Positions 36,193 through 49,100 of a stretch of 64,000 nucleotides of DNA are shown in pieces. Position numbers and translations under genes: made by a program. This DNA is from Malacoraja senta (taxonomy: Eukaryota): the NCBI GenBank assembly GCA_038087875.1, contig CM075993.1, forward strand, positions 124,001-188,000, in the 5' to 3' direction. Each line of letters opens with the position of its first letter. Position 1 is the stretch's first letter. The notes beneath the pieces are model-generated. The model searched no databases and had not been told where the DNA came from. It saw nothing but the letters and a program-made list of their open reading frames with translations.

Positions 36193-36369
36193 ATCTTCTC
36201 CTTCGCTCCATAGATGCTGCACCCGCTGAGTTTCTCCAGCATTTTTGTGATACTCCAATTTGGCCCTGACCAAGGACTTGTAGACAGGCTCCGTAGGCCT
36301 GCACGTCCAACAGTGCAGCCCAGCCTGCCCCGACCCCGCCGCCGTCAACAGGTGCAGCCTCGTACTGAG

Positions 36370-37437
36370 GGGGAGCGGCCGCGCGCACGGCGGGGACGCG
36401 CTGAGGCGAGCGGCCGCGGGAGCGCGCACGACGGGGACGCGCCCAGGCGAGCGGTCGCGGGAGCGCGCACAGTGGGGACATGCTGGCGAGCGGTCGCGGG
36501 AGCACACACAGTGGGGACATGCTGGCGAGCGGTCGCAGGAGCGCGCACAGTGGGGACATGCTGGCGAGCGGTCGCGGGAGCACACACAGTGGGGACGTGC
36601 TGAGGTTAGCGGTCACGGGGGCGCGCACAGTGGGGACGTGCTGAGGTTAGCGGTCACGGGGGCGCGCACGGTGGGGACGTGCTGAGTCTAGCGGTCGCGG
36701 GAGCGCGCACAGTGGGGACACGCTGAGGCTAGCTGTCCCGGGGGCGCGCACGGTGAGGACGTGCTGAGGCTAGCGGTCGCAGGAGCGCGCACAGTGGGGA
36801 CGTGCTGAGGTTAGCGGTCACGGGGGCGCGCACGGTGGGGACGTGCTGAGGCTAGCGGTCGCGGGAGCGCACACGACGGGGACGCGCCCAGGCTAGCTGT
36901 CCCGGGGGCGCGCACGGTGAGGACGTGCTGAGTCTAGCGGTCGCGGGAGCGCACACGACGGGGACGCGCCCAGGCTAGCTGTCCCGGGGGCGCGCACGGT
37001 GAGGACGTGCTGAGTAGCAGTCGCGGGAGCGCGCACAGTGGGGACACGCTGAGGCTAGCGGTCGCGGGAGCGCGCACAGTGGGGACGTGCTGAGGCTAGC
37101 GGTCGCGGGAGCGCGCACGGTGGGGACGTGCTGAGTCTAGCGGTCGCGGGAGCGCGCACAGTGGGGACACGCTGAGGCGAGCGGTCGCGGGGACGCGCAC
37201 GGTGGGGGGGTGCTGAGGCTAGCGGTCGCGGGAGCGCGCACGATGGGGACGCGCCCAGGCGAGCGGTCGCGGGAGTGCGCACAGTGGGGACACGCTGGCG
37301 AGCGGTCGCGGGGGCGCGCACGGTGGGGACGTGCTGAGGCGAGCGGTCGCGGGGGCGCGCACGGTGGGGACGTGCTGAGGCGAGCGGTCGCGGGGGCGCG
37401 CACGGTGGGGACGTGGTGAGGCTAGCGGTCGCGGGGA
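36370..37437. repeat. CpG-rich minisatellite (VNTR), 39-41-bp unit, roughly 26 copies
   Basis: Unit GAGGCTAGCGGTCGCGGGAGCGCGCACAGTGGGGACGTGCT and variants. Confidence 0.93.
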
Positions 37438-37723
37438 GCCGGGCAGCTGCGCGCGCAGGCGGAGTGCGTCTGTGAGGGAGGCGGTGAGCGGGGTCGGGCA
37501 GACGGTGCCGAAGGCAGGCGGGGGGGGGGGAGTAGGGCCGGGCGAGTCCGCGGCCTGGACACAGAGAGGCCTCAGCTCGCTACGGTTCCCGGTCGGCCTT
37601 GCCTTGCCTTGCCTTGCCTTGCCTTGCCGCGGCGTGTGGCTGCTGGCTCTGTTCCCGGGCAGGTGCAGCGCATCCATGACACAGGCACCTTCTGTTCAAC
37701 TGTTTTGATGGAAACAGGTCAGT
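37438..37723 (+). promoter_or_regulatory. Probable CpG-island promoter and 5' UTR exon(s) of OTUD7A
   Basis: Unique GC/CpG-rich sequence with NRF1-like GCGCGCAGGCG, donor GCG|GTGAGC (37483/4) and candidate exon 37663-37717 (CAG|...CAG|GTCAGT), followed by an abrupt switch to AT-rich intron-like DNA. The link to OTUD7A is inferred from position and orientation only. Confidence 0.5.
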
Positions 37724-39800
37724 ATTTGAGGCCATTGGGTTGGGTATGTGTCTCGGGGAGGTGCGGACAGCCCTGCACACTGCAGCACGCTACTTTTATC
37801 ACAAGCAATTATGTGTTGTGCCTTTTCAGTAAAATGCATTTTTTGATAAATAAGCTGCCATTGTGATAAAATGGGATATGCCGGTAAATTTGCGGAGTGG
37901 GCGATTAAAACAATTATTGGTGATTAAAATCCAAAGCCTGGAGTCTTATTGTGCATCGATGCAGAGGACAAGGCAGAATGTGGCTAGAAGGCTGATTTTT
38001 ACTGTTCTTAATTCTATTGTGACATTGTGTCTTATTTACCTTTCAGTTGAATTGGCAAACATTTAATTACTGACATAATTATAGACCGTATACTTTATTA
38101 TATGAATTTATAACTTTAATTACAAATGGCGGTCCTGGTAATGGATTTAATTATGTTACTGGGAGTATTAGAATGATTACTGGGTTTTCATTCAGCCGTA
38201 AACTAGAGGTTTTGCTGCAAAGCCGAATAAGGCACGTATCAACATTCTTAAGAGTTGAACCTGCATTTCAACCTTATTGGACTTCAGAATATCTTACAGT
38301 TAACAGCTGCAGATATTCTGATTCAAATGAAAGCAGACCAGAATGTCCGTACTTTATTAATTTAATTTAAATAAAATTATGGTGAATTTCTTCAATTAAA
38401 ATTATGGAACAGAACTTTTTTATGGATTGCATCCTGGTAGTCTAATAAAACGCTGACCAATAACAATAATCCTGTATGTAAAAAAATATCATTACAACAT
38501 AAAGTAAAACATTTCAACCAGACAAACTTTACAGCTAGCCCTCTGTTATAAATCTGTTACTCTATGTACTGTATATACCCATGCAAATTTTTGTTGTTGA
38601 ATATCTAATCTCTTAATCTGGCAATCTTCCATTTGATTAAATGGTTGTGATTCTGCATGCATTATTGATGTGTATTCTCTTCATTGTGGAATGTTTTATG
38701 GCTTGTTCATTGTAAAAGCGGCTTTTGTGGCAAATAGTTTGTTCAGACTGTGATTGTAGGAAAATGTTCCCTTTCTGGTTATGCATAAGCTTTGTGGCAA
38801 CAGTTTTGTGTAGCATGTGTTGACGTACTAAGTTTATATTGCACCTATTTTAATATGTGGAATATTCTAAAATTATTTCCTTTTTCATAAATGGCTATTT
38901 GAAGAAGGCAAGTAAAACTGAGGGGTTTGTGTGCTGAGATGTTGATTGTTACTATTTTTCTAAATAGAGTTTTATGTTCTTGGAGATGTTGGTTTTAGTA
39001 TATGTTGTATTAAATACAGTTTGAAATGTGCTTTGCCTTTTGGGTGCTGAACTTCAATTTGCTTAATGTATATTTAAAGGACAACAGTGCTTATTTAACT
39101 GAGTAATGTTAGTAAATTTGAATTTTATTGCAAATAATGACATTGAATAACACTGAAAAATCTGGATGATTATCTTTTCCCTTTTGTCTTTATACACAGT
39201 TTATGTTTCTCAAACCAAATAATAATAATAATAATAATAGATTTTATTTATATAGTGCTTTTCAGGACTCAAAATGAACCCCATGCTGTGGGTGCTAACA
39301 CTTGCAAAGAGGAAAACAATGACAGTTAATGATGCATCTCTTTAAATCCAAGTACCTTTGTTATTCTCTGAAACATAGAAAATAGGTGCAGGAGTAGGCC
39401 ATTCGGCCCTTCAAGCCAGCACTGCCATTCAATATGATCATGGCTGATCATCCAAAATCAGCACCCTGTTCTGGCTTTTTCCCCTTATCCCTTGATTCCT
39501 TTAGCCCTAAGAGCTAAATCTAACTCGCTCTTGAAATTTGAATGTTCCACTATACCTTTCGCAACCATCTGTTCTCTGTCTGTGGTTAAGGAGACCAATT
39601 ATCTGCAGTATTTCCTAATATCCTCAATTTCCTGACTGTCAAATTACAGGGGTTTTTCTGAAAAGGAGAGTCTGATTCCTGTCTGCTTTGACTTCAATGC
39701 TTGGATATCTATTGACTAAATTAGATTGTTTATGCATTGATCACTATTTTATGTGACAAATTTATTACTTATTCACCAAAATGACTATAGTTTTGCAATG

Positions 39801-40358
39801 CTACACGTGTCGGTTAACCTCCCCCCCTTGACTTCATTCAAGGACCCAAGCAGTCTTTCCAGGTGCGACAGAGGTTCACCTGCACCACCTCCAACCTCAT
39901 CTATTGCATCCGCTGCTCTAGATGTCAGCTGATCTACATCGGTGAGACCAAGCGTAGGCTTGGCGATCGCTTCGCCGAACACCTCCGCTCGGAATAACCA
40001 ACCTGATCTCCCAGCGGCTCAGCACTTCAACCCCTCCCATTCCGTATCCGACCTTTCTGTCCTGGGCCTCCTCCATGGTCAGGGTGAGGACCACCGGAAA
40101 TTGGAGGAGCAGCACCTCATATTTCGCTTGGGCAGTTTGTACCCAGCCAGCGGTATGAACATTGACTTTTCTAAATTCAGATAGTCCTCCCCTTCTCAGC
40201 TCTCCCTCTAGCCCTCAGGCTCCTCCTCTTCCTTTCTTCTTCCCGTCCCCCCACCCTCACATCAGTCTGAAGAAGGGTTTTGGCCCAAAACGTTGCTTAT
40301 TTCCTTCGCTCCATAGATGCTGCCTCACCCGCTGAGTTTCTCCAGCATTTTTGTCTAC
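39801..40358 (+). mobile_element. Penelope-like element 3' part: GIY-YIG endonuclease plus tail
   Basis: FTCTTSNLIYCIRCSRCQLIYIGETKRRLGDRFAEH...KLEEQHLIFRLGSL..GMNIDFS; 16-bp TSD CTATAGTTTTGCAATG (39785-39800 and 40359-40374). Confidence 0.9.
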
Positions 40359-41090
40359 CTATAGTTTTGCAATGTTGCTTTCTTTAGCTCTGCATTGGGT
40401 GGGTACATAGACTAAATCTCTAGGATGCTCAAATGTTTATGCAGGTGTTTGACAATGACAACAGTATGTATTTAATATACCATCTTTAAAATAAAACGTT
40501 GTCTTTATCACCAAGGTTGGAGATATTAGTCACGTAAAATCTAGGTCATCAAAGTAGCTAGACACAAATGGCTGGAGTAACTCAGTGGAACAGGCAGCAT
40601 CTCTGGATGGAAGGGATGGGTAACGTTTCAGGTCGAGGCCTTTTTTTTGTGTGCGTTGAAGGAAGGAGGAGAGAGGGGTACATTTTTGAAAAGCAAGGCT
40701 GTACAGCATAGAAATGGCCTCCTCAGAAATCCTGATCATGATGCCTGTCTGCTAATTCTATTTGTTTGCGTTAGACCTGTATCTGTGTACTCCTTTCCTA
40801 TCCAAGTACGTGTTCAAATGCATTTTAAGCATTGTAATTTTATATGTCTCTACCACTTCCTCTGACAGCTCATTCGACATAACTACCACCCTCTGTGTGG
40901 AAACATTTGCCCCTCAGATCATCTTTAAATTTCCCCTCCTGATGAAGCATGAATATAGTTTTAGACTTCCCAACTCGGGAGAAAAATAGACTCTCATTTA
41001 TCTGCCCTTTCTATGTTCCTCATCATTTTATAAATCGCTACGGTAACCCTTTAACCTCCTACATTCCAGCCTATCTTCTATTATCTCATA

Positions 41091-41316
41091 TCTATATTCT
41101 CCCAATTCTGCTAGCCCTTGCTGTCCCCTCCCCTTCATCAGCCCTCGGGTTGTCTCCTCCCCTCCGCCAGCCCTCGGGCTCCTCCTCCGCCTTTTTTCCT
41201 TTCTTCTCCCCACCCCCTATCAGTCTGAAGAAGGGTTTCGGCCCGAAACGTTGCCTATTTCCTTCGCTCCATAGATGCTGCTGAACCCGCTGAGTTTCTC
41301 CAGCATTTTTGTGTAC
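41091..41316 (+). mobile_element. Penelope-like 3' tail insertion with an intact hammerhead-like core
   Basis: CTGAAGA-A-GGGT(TTCG)GCCC-GAAACGTT at 41225-41252; 16-bp TSD CTTCTATTATCTCATA (41075-41090 and 41317-41332). Confidence 0.85.
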
Positions 41317-41989
41317 CTTCTATTATCTCATAACTAAACCGCATAAATTCCAAGCAATATTCTGGTTTATTTCTTTGGCATTCTTTAGAACACTGTCGGG
41401 ATTTTTCTATGATGTGGCACATACATAAGATTTCAGAACTCAAACTTTGTAGAGTTTTTGGGATGCCGTGGGACTCAAGGCAGTAAGTCAAAAGAGCTGA
41501 GGTACAATATTGTAAGTGGTAACCTGTGTTGATCATAACATTGTGATTGTGGATGAAAGAGGTGCTACATTTTTGGAAGAGCTTTTGTTTGTTTAATCTA
41601 GACCATGGCAAGTTGGTTATAAGGGCATTGGGATGTTTATGTCCAAAAGGCAGCAAAGACACGGTGGGTTTTAGAAACCAAGGGCCAATGCAGAAATGGA
41701 TAATTATACGAAGCTGAAAATGAACGATCTTTGGGATGGAGTTGGAAGTTCAGTTTATGGATATCTCGGTTTACATGAATGTGAACATTTATGTCCACCA
41801 TATTTCTTAACATTGATGTCTCACAAGGATGCATTCCCATCTCCTTACTATACTCCCTTAATACTCTTGAGTGTACAGTCAAATTTGGCTCCATCTACAT
41901 TTAGATGACACCACTGTGGTGGGCAGGATCTCGGCCATTTCAAGACCGAGTACAGGAAGGAGAAAGGGAGCTTAATAACATGGTAGCAG

Positions 41990-42835
41990 GACTACAATAC
42001 CGTTTATTATCATTTGGACCTCAAATGAGGTTCAAACGAAATTTGGTTTCTGCAGTCATACAACAAAAAAAGAACCAAGACACAAGACAATTTACACAAA
42101 CATCCATCACAGTGAATCTCCTCCTCACTGTGATGGAAGGCAAAGTCTTGTCTCTCCCCTGCACTCCCCATTCTCCTCCCGATGTCAAAGTCAAAGCCCC
42201 CGGCGGGCGATGGTAAGTAAGTCCCGCGGCCATTCAGGCCGCGCCGGGCAATGCAAGGCCGCGCTCCGGGTCTTGATGTTGGAGCCCCCGGCGGGCGCTA
42301 GCAAGTCCCACGGCCGTTTAAAGCCGCGCCGGGCGATGTAAGACCCCGCTCCATGTCATCTTCAACCCCGCAACTCGGGCGGGAGTAGCTGCCGTTGCGG
42401 GAGCTCCGAAAAGCGGTCTCCCACCAGGGACCCGCGAGCTCCCGATGTTACCGTCCACCAGACCTGCGGCTGGAGCCTCCGAATCTCCGGGGTCGGGTCG
42501 CAGCCGCACGCCACCACAGCTCTCCACGCTCCGAACTCGGCCAGCTCCACGATGGTGAGTAGTCCGCAGGCTCCGCGACTGGAGCCCCAGGTCGTTCCGG
42601 ATGGAGGCCTCTCCACGGTGCTAGGCCCCAACGACAACGGAGACCCGACAGAGAAAGGTCGGGTCCTCCATACAGGGAAAAGATTTTAAAAGTTTCCCCA
42701 CCCACCCCCCCACACATACCCAGTTAAAAAAAAACACTATACACTACACACTACACTCAAACGAGACAACAACAAACAAAAAAGACAGACGGACTGCAGA
42801 GGCCGCTGCGACGTGGGTCGCGCCGCCTACCGGAG
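41990..42835 (-). mobile_element. GC-rich non-autonomous retroelement (possibly Rex1-type UTR derived)
   Basis: CpG-rich body with internal repeats (CCCCCGGCGGGCG...AAGTCCC.CGGCC); minus-strand AATAAA near 42003; sharp boundaries with AT-rich flanks. Family assignment is tentative. Confidence 0.45.
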
Positions 42836-43059
42836 TAATTTCCCTCTCAATGTCAGTAAGAAGAAGGAGCTAGTTATCAACTTCAGGAAGTGGGTGGAGT
42901 ACATGCCCCGATCAGTGCCAAAGTAGAAATGGTGCCAAAGTGGAAATGTTTGAGAGCTTCAAGTTCCTTTACTTAAATATCATCAATAATCTGCCGTGGA
43001 CTGACCGAATTGAAGTTTCAGCCAAAAAGGTGCTTCCCCACCTCTACTTTCTTAGACAA

Positions 43060-46000
43060 GGTTTGGATGTACAAAAAAGGATGGGTTGCACTTGAACCTG
43101 AGGGGGACCGATATCCTGGCGGGGAGATCTGCAAAGGCTACTGGGGAGACTTTAAACTAGAATGGTTGGGGGGAGGGACTCAAATAGAGAATGCTGTTAG
43201 ACAGTGTGTGAGGCAGGAGGCAGAGAAGGAAAGCACTCAGACCCAACATGTAGGGGGGAAAGAAGAAAACAATAATAAACAGAGAATAAGAGGTGTTGGG
43301 GTTCTTAAATGGGGGAGAAGAGAAACAGGGGTGTAAAATGCGGGCGGAAGCAATAGGTAGCAAGGTGAAAAGTAAAAGTGGCAGGCAGACAAATCCAGGG
43401 CAAAAATCAAAAAGGGCCACTTTTCAACATAATTGTATAAGGGGTAAGAGCGTTGTAAAAACAAGCCTGAAGGCTTTGTGTCTCAATGCAAGGAGCATTC
43501 GTAATAAGGTGGATGAGTTGAATGTGCAGATAGTTATTAATGAATATGATATAGTTGGGATCACGGAGACATGGCTCCAGGGTGACCAAGGCTGGGAGCT
43601 GAACATCCAGGGATATGGTGGGTGTTGTGTGCAGGCCACCTAGCAGTAGTAGTGAAGTTGGGGATGGCATCAAACAGGAAATTAGAAATGCGTGCAACAA
43701 AGGCAAAACAGTTATAATGGGTGACTTCAATCTACATATAGATTGGGTGAATCAAATTGGCAGGGGTGCTGAGGAAGAGGATTTCTTGGAATGTATGCGG
43801 GATAGTTATCTAAACCAACATGTAGAGGAACCAACGAGAGAGCAGGCTATTCTAGACTGGGTATTGAGTAATGAGGAAGGGTTAGTTAGCAGTCTTGTTG
43901 TGCGTGCCCCCTTGGGCAAGAGTGACCATAATATGGTTGAGTTCTTCATTAGGATGGAGAGTGACATTGTTAATTCAGAAACAACGGTTCTGAACTTAAA
44001 GAAAGGTAACTTTGAGGGTATGAGACGTGAATTGGCCAAGATTGACTGGCAATTAGTTCTAAAAGGGTTGACGGTGGATATGCAATGGAAGGCATTTAAA
44101 GACTGCATGGATAAACTACAAAAATTGTTCATCCCAGTTTGGCAAAAGAATAAATCAGGGAAGGTAGTGCATCCGTGGATAACAAGGGAAATCAGGGATA
44201 GTATCAAAGCAAAAGATGATGCGTACAAATTAGCCAGAAAAAGCAGCATACCAGAGGACTGGGAGAAATTCAGAGACCAGCAGAGGAGGACAAAGGGCTT
44301 AATTAGGAAAGGGAAAATAGATTATGAAAGGAAACTGGCAGGGAACATAAAAACTGACTGCAAAAGTTTTTATAGATATGTGCAGAGAAAGAGATTAGTT
44401 AAAACAAATGTAGGTCCCTTGCAGTCAGAAACAGGTGAATTGATCATGGGGAACAAGGATATGGCGGACCAATTGAATAACTACTTTGGTTCCGTCTTCA
44501 CTAAGGAAGACATAAATAATCTGCCGGAAATAGCAGGGTCAAAGGAGATGGAGGAACTGAGTGAAATCCAGGTTAGTCGGGAAGTGATGTTGGGTAAATT
44601 GAATGGATTAAAGGCCGATAAATCACCAGGGCCAGATAGGCTGCATCCCAGAGTACTTAAGGAAGTAGCTCCAGAAATAGTGGATGCATTAGTGATAATT
44701 TTTCAAAACTTTTTAGATTCTGGAGTAGTTCCTGAGGATTGGAGGGTAGCAAACGTAACCCCACTTTTTAAGAAGGGAGGGAGAGAGAAAACGGGGAATT
44801 ACAGACCAGTTAGTCTAACATCGGTAGTGGGGAAACTGCTAGAGTCAGTTATTAAAGATGGGATAGCAGCACATTTGGAAAGTGGTGAAATCATTGGACA
44901 ACGTCAGCATGGATTTACGAAAGGTAAATCGTGTCTGACGAAGCTTATAGAATTTTTCGAGGATGCAACGAGTAGAGTGGATAGGGGAGAACCAGTGGAT
45001 GTGTTGTATCTGGACTTTCAGAAGGCTTTCGACAAGGTACCACATAAGAGATTAGGATACAAACTTAAATCACACGGTATTGGGGGTTCAGTATTGATGT
45101 GGATAGAGAACTGGTTGGCAAACAGGAAGCAAAGAGTAGGAGTAAACGGGTCCTTTTCACAATGGCAGGCAGTGATTAGTGGGGTACTGCAAGGCTCAGT
45201 GCTGGGACCCCAGCTATTTACAATTTATATTAATGAACTGGACGAGGGAATTGAAAGCAACATCTCCAAGTTTGCGGATGACACTAAGCTGGGGGGCAGT
45301 GTTAGCTATGAGGAGGATGCTAGGAGACTGCAAGGTGACTTGGATAGGCTGGGTGAGTGGGCAAATGTTTGGCAGATGCAGTATAAGGTGGATAAATATG
45401 AGGTTATCCACTTTGGTGGCAAAAACGGGAAGGCAGACTATTATCTAAATGGTGGCCGATTAGGAAATGGGGAGATGCAGCGAGACCTGGGTGTCATGGT
45501 ACACCAGTCATTGAAAGTAGGCATGCAGGTGCAGCAGGCAGTGAAGAAAGCGAATGGTATGTTGGCTTTCATAGCAAGAGGATTTGAGTATAGGAGCAGG
45601 GAGGTTCTACTGCAGTTGTACAGGGTCTTGGTGAGACCACACCTGGAGTATTGCGTACAGTTTTGGTCTCCAAACCTGAGGAAGGACATTATAGCCATAG
45701 AGGGATGTCAGGACTTTCATATGAAGAAAGACTGGATAGACTTGGCTTATACTCGCTAGAATTTAGGAGATTGAGAGGGGATCTTATAGAAACGTACAAA
45801 ATTCTTATGGGGTTGGACAGGCTAGATGCAGGAAGATTGTTCCCGATGTTGGGGAAGTCCAGGACAAGGGGTCACAGCTTAAGGATAAGGGGGAAATCCT
45901 TTAAGACCGACATGAGGAAAAACGTTTTCACACAGAGAGTGGTGAATCTCTGGAACTCTGCCACAGAGGGTAGTTGAGGCCAGTTCATTCGCTATATTTA

Positions 46001-46170
46001 AGAGGGAGTTAGATGTGGCCCTTGTGGCTAAGGGGATCAGGGGGTATGGAGAGAAGGCAGGTACGGGATACTGAGTTGGATGATCAGCCATGATCATATT
46101 GAATGGCGGTGCAGGCTCGAAGGGCCGAATGGCCTACTCTTGCACCTATTTTCTATGTATCTATGTATGT
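43060..46170 (+). mobile_element. Young CR1 LINE (end of ORF1 plus near-complete ORF2), inserted into an older Rex1/Babar fragment (42840-43060 and 46170-46680)
   Basis: LCLNARSIRNK...GITETW, then the 714-aa ORF 43615-45759 with APE and RT motifs; deletions near 43616 and 45705; CTATGT tail. Confidence 0.93.
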
Positions 46171-48940
46171 CTCCAGTGACTCTTTAAAACTTCTACAAAT
46201 GCACCTATGCAGGAAGTTGTACATGTTGCCCTGATCAGACTTCTATCACACAGATCAGACTCCATCCACACTCCACTCTGCCTCGGGGAAGCAGCAGCCA
46301 ACATAACCAAAGACCTCTTTCGCTCCCCCTGCTATTTTATTCTCCCAGATCCTGTCAGGCAGAAGATACAGAAGCTTGAATGAGCACAACATCAGACTCA
46401 AGAACAGCTCCTTCCCCTCTGCATTCAAACTTCTAAAGAATCCTTCCATAAGCTAGGGTGCAATCTGATTCACCTCTACCTGATTGCAGAAATTGGATTT
46501 TGCCTCTGGAACTGCCACACTACGATGCTGAGAATTATATTTTGTACACTATTATTCCCTCACTCTACCTATTGTATTTGATTGTATTTATGGACAATAT
46601 TATCCGATTATCTGATTGGATAGCATACAAAACAAAGCTTTTCACGATCTCGATACACATGGCAATAATACCTAAACATCTTGTCACAGTTTGAGACCAG
46701 AATCCAGGGAGGTGAAAACCACTGGCCAGAGAACAGAAGTTAAGGAAGGGAAAGCCCCTGTTGGTTATGGAATTTAATTTATGTTGAGGTTTGAAGACAA
46801 TGATTTTAATCTCCCCAATTTAATTACTGAGTCTAGTTGTCTGTTCAGTTGTCTGACTTCACAAAAGGAGTGTGATGATGGAAAGGTGTTATAGCACTGG
46901 TGGAGTAATAACGTAGATCTGTTTTTATTGTCAAATTTGAGAATAACTCTCAATGCAGGCAAATTTATCAGTACGGTCTGAATTTTTTAACACTCAAATT
47001 GTACAGCTCCCTTTCTTATAGAGTCATGGAGTTCTGTAGCAATGAAACAGTCCCTAATATTCATGGCAGTTGGAAATGGGCTTTTAAGCCATTTAGAGAC
47101 AAAGTACTACAGATGATGGAATCAAGTAAAACACAGTTTTGCCACAACAGAGTCAGGCAGCATCTCTGGAAGGAATGAACAGGTGATGTTTCAGGTCGGG
47201 AACCTTCAGACTGATTGTAGAAAGGGGGAAATCCTCTTTTCCATCTTTCTCCCCTTTCTCCAGACATATGGTTTTTCCATCCACCGTTTAGACTGGGTGC
47301 AACATCAGGTAAAGGAAGTGGCAGCGGTGTCTGCTTCATGTAGTGCTTGGACTTGCCCATTCTGCTTTCCTGACCTGGAACATCTGATGGTTACGTGCAG
47401 CCAGTTGTACTTATTGAGGGTGTTCTCAATCTTCATCATGTCTGCAGTCTGCATCATTCTTCATCTCTATTCTTGTACTGCAATTCTGTTGTAATTGGTA
47501 CAGCAGCCATTACTACCTTGTTAATTGGCTGGTGAATCTGTAATGTTAACTGTCAAAGATTAGTGTACAAGGACAGCCATGTGCTTTTGAACCGACACAT
47601 GTCAATTACCCCCATTTATAACGTACCCTATTTATTTTTGCTAAAGTGAGCAACCTATTTTCCAGAAGACGTGTCGATTGTTCGCAAAACAATTTATTTT
47701 ATTTTTCTGAATGGAGATTTAATATTACAATTCTAAACCACTTTGTCTTTTACTCTTCTGTTTTTCAGTATCGATATGCTGACTTTGTATGCTATCTCAG
47801 TATTATTAGAATATTCCCAATTTGGAAACGATCATTGTTTGTATTTATAGGTTGTGTGGTCTTCTAGATATGGTTGTATCTAATTATTCTTAAATTATAT
47901 GCAATATATGTTCATGCAATCTGAATACTGCTGAAATGGCTGTTTAATGCCCATCCTTAATTGCACTTGGGAATAAATGTTGTGAAAACTCGTGAAAAAT
48001 CAATGTGGTGGCTACATTACTAGATTAACAATTTGGAGGCCTGAACAACTGATCCAGTGACATCAATTCAGATTGCACTATGAAAGCAGGAAAATTTAAA
48101 TTAACTTAAGTTTCATATTTTTAAGGAAAAAACTTGTTGGTAAAACCATGAGCTGCTTTGATTATTATAAGCACCCATCTGGTTCATTAATGTCCATTTG
48201 GAAGAAAATCTATCACTAGGTCTAATCATGGAACAAAAATAGGAAGCATATTGCATGTATAGGCAACTTGAATCGAGGTAGTCTCTTGTGGATTTTTGGA
48301 GTATATAGGAGAGAATTGAATAAATTAGGGCATTAACATTAAGGCCTTGAAATTCTCCAAGTCGACCAGGAGCAAAAGGGTTAGGGTCATCAGGGAAAGA
48401 GCAGCTCCCATTGGAGACCAAATGGGTATATGTATATGGTGAAGGACATGGTGAATTCAGAGAGACATATGTGGATAATCTGGAGCAGGTCACTATTAAG
48501 GCCGTTCAATCTCCAGGGCTAAATGAGATCTATGCAAGGTTGCTGTGGGAAGCAAGGTTTGTAACTGGTGCTCTGATCTTTGTTAGGCACGGGTGTATTG
48601 TGAGAAGAGTGGAAGATAGTTTATGTCATTCCTTTGTTTCGGAAGGGCAGCTGCCAGAAGCGAGTGAGCCTTGTGTCATGAATAGGGAAATTGCTGGAAA
48701 AAATGCCTAAGACATATGTATATTTGAAACGCTAGAGATGTTTGTCAGGGATGGTTGCCATGGCATTGTGCAGGAAAATCCTATCTCACTAACGATTAAG
48801 TTTTTTGAGGGTCGTAAAGATGATTGAAGGCAGGGACCCTTTTTGCTTGTAATACATATTAATGACATGATCGTGAATTTTGGAGATATCATTAAGTTAG
48901 TTGTTGACACAACTTGCCGTGTTTAAGTCTACAGCAGAAT

Positions 48941-49100
48941 AGGGTGGCGCAGCCGTAGAGCTGCTACCTCACAGCTTTAGAGACCCGGGTTTAATCCTGA
49001 CTACGGGTGCTGTCTGTGTTGAGCTTGCACGTTCTCCTTGTGACCTTGTGGGTTTTCTCTGGGTGCTCTGGTTTTATCCCATATTGTGGTTTGTAGGTTA
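48941..49100 (+). mobile_element. V-SINE fragment (another at ~55130-55300)
   Basis: GGTGGCGCAGCCGTAGAGCTGCT head and V-domain-like GCACGTTCTCCTTGTGACC. Confidence 0.65.

Noticed and set aside
34825..36585. 586-aa ORF as a novel repeat-RT fusion protein
   Set aside because: Chance in-frame read-through of VNTR, old LINE, Penelope tail and L2 RT; it has a non-ATG start and no support as a gene.
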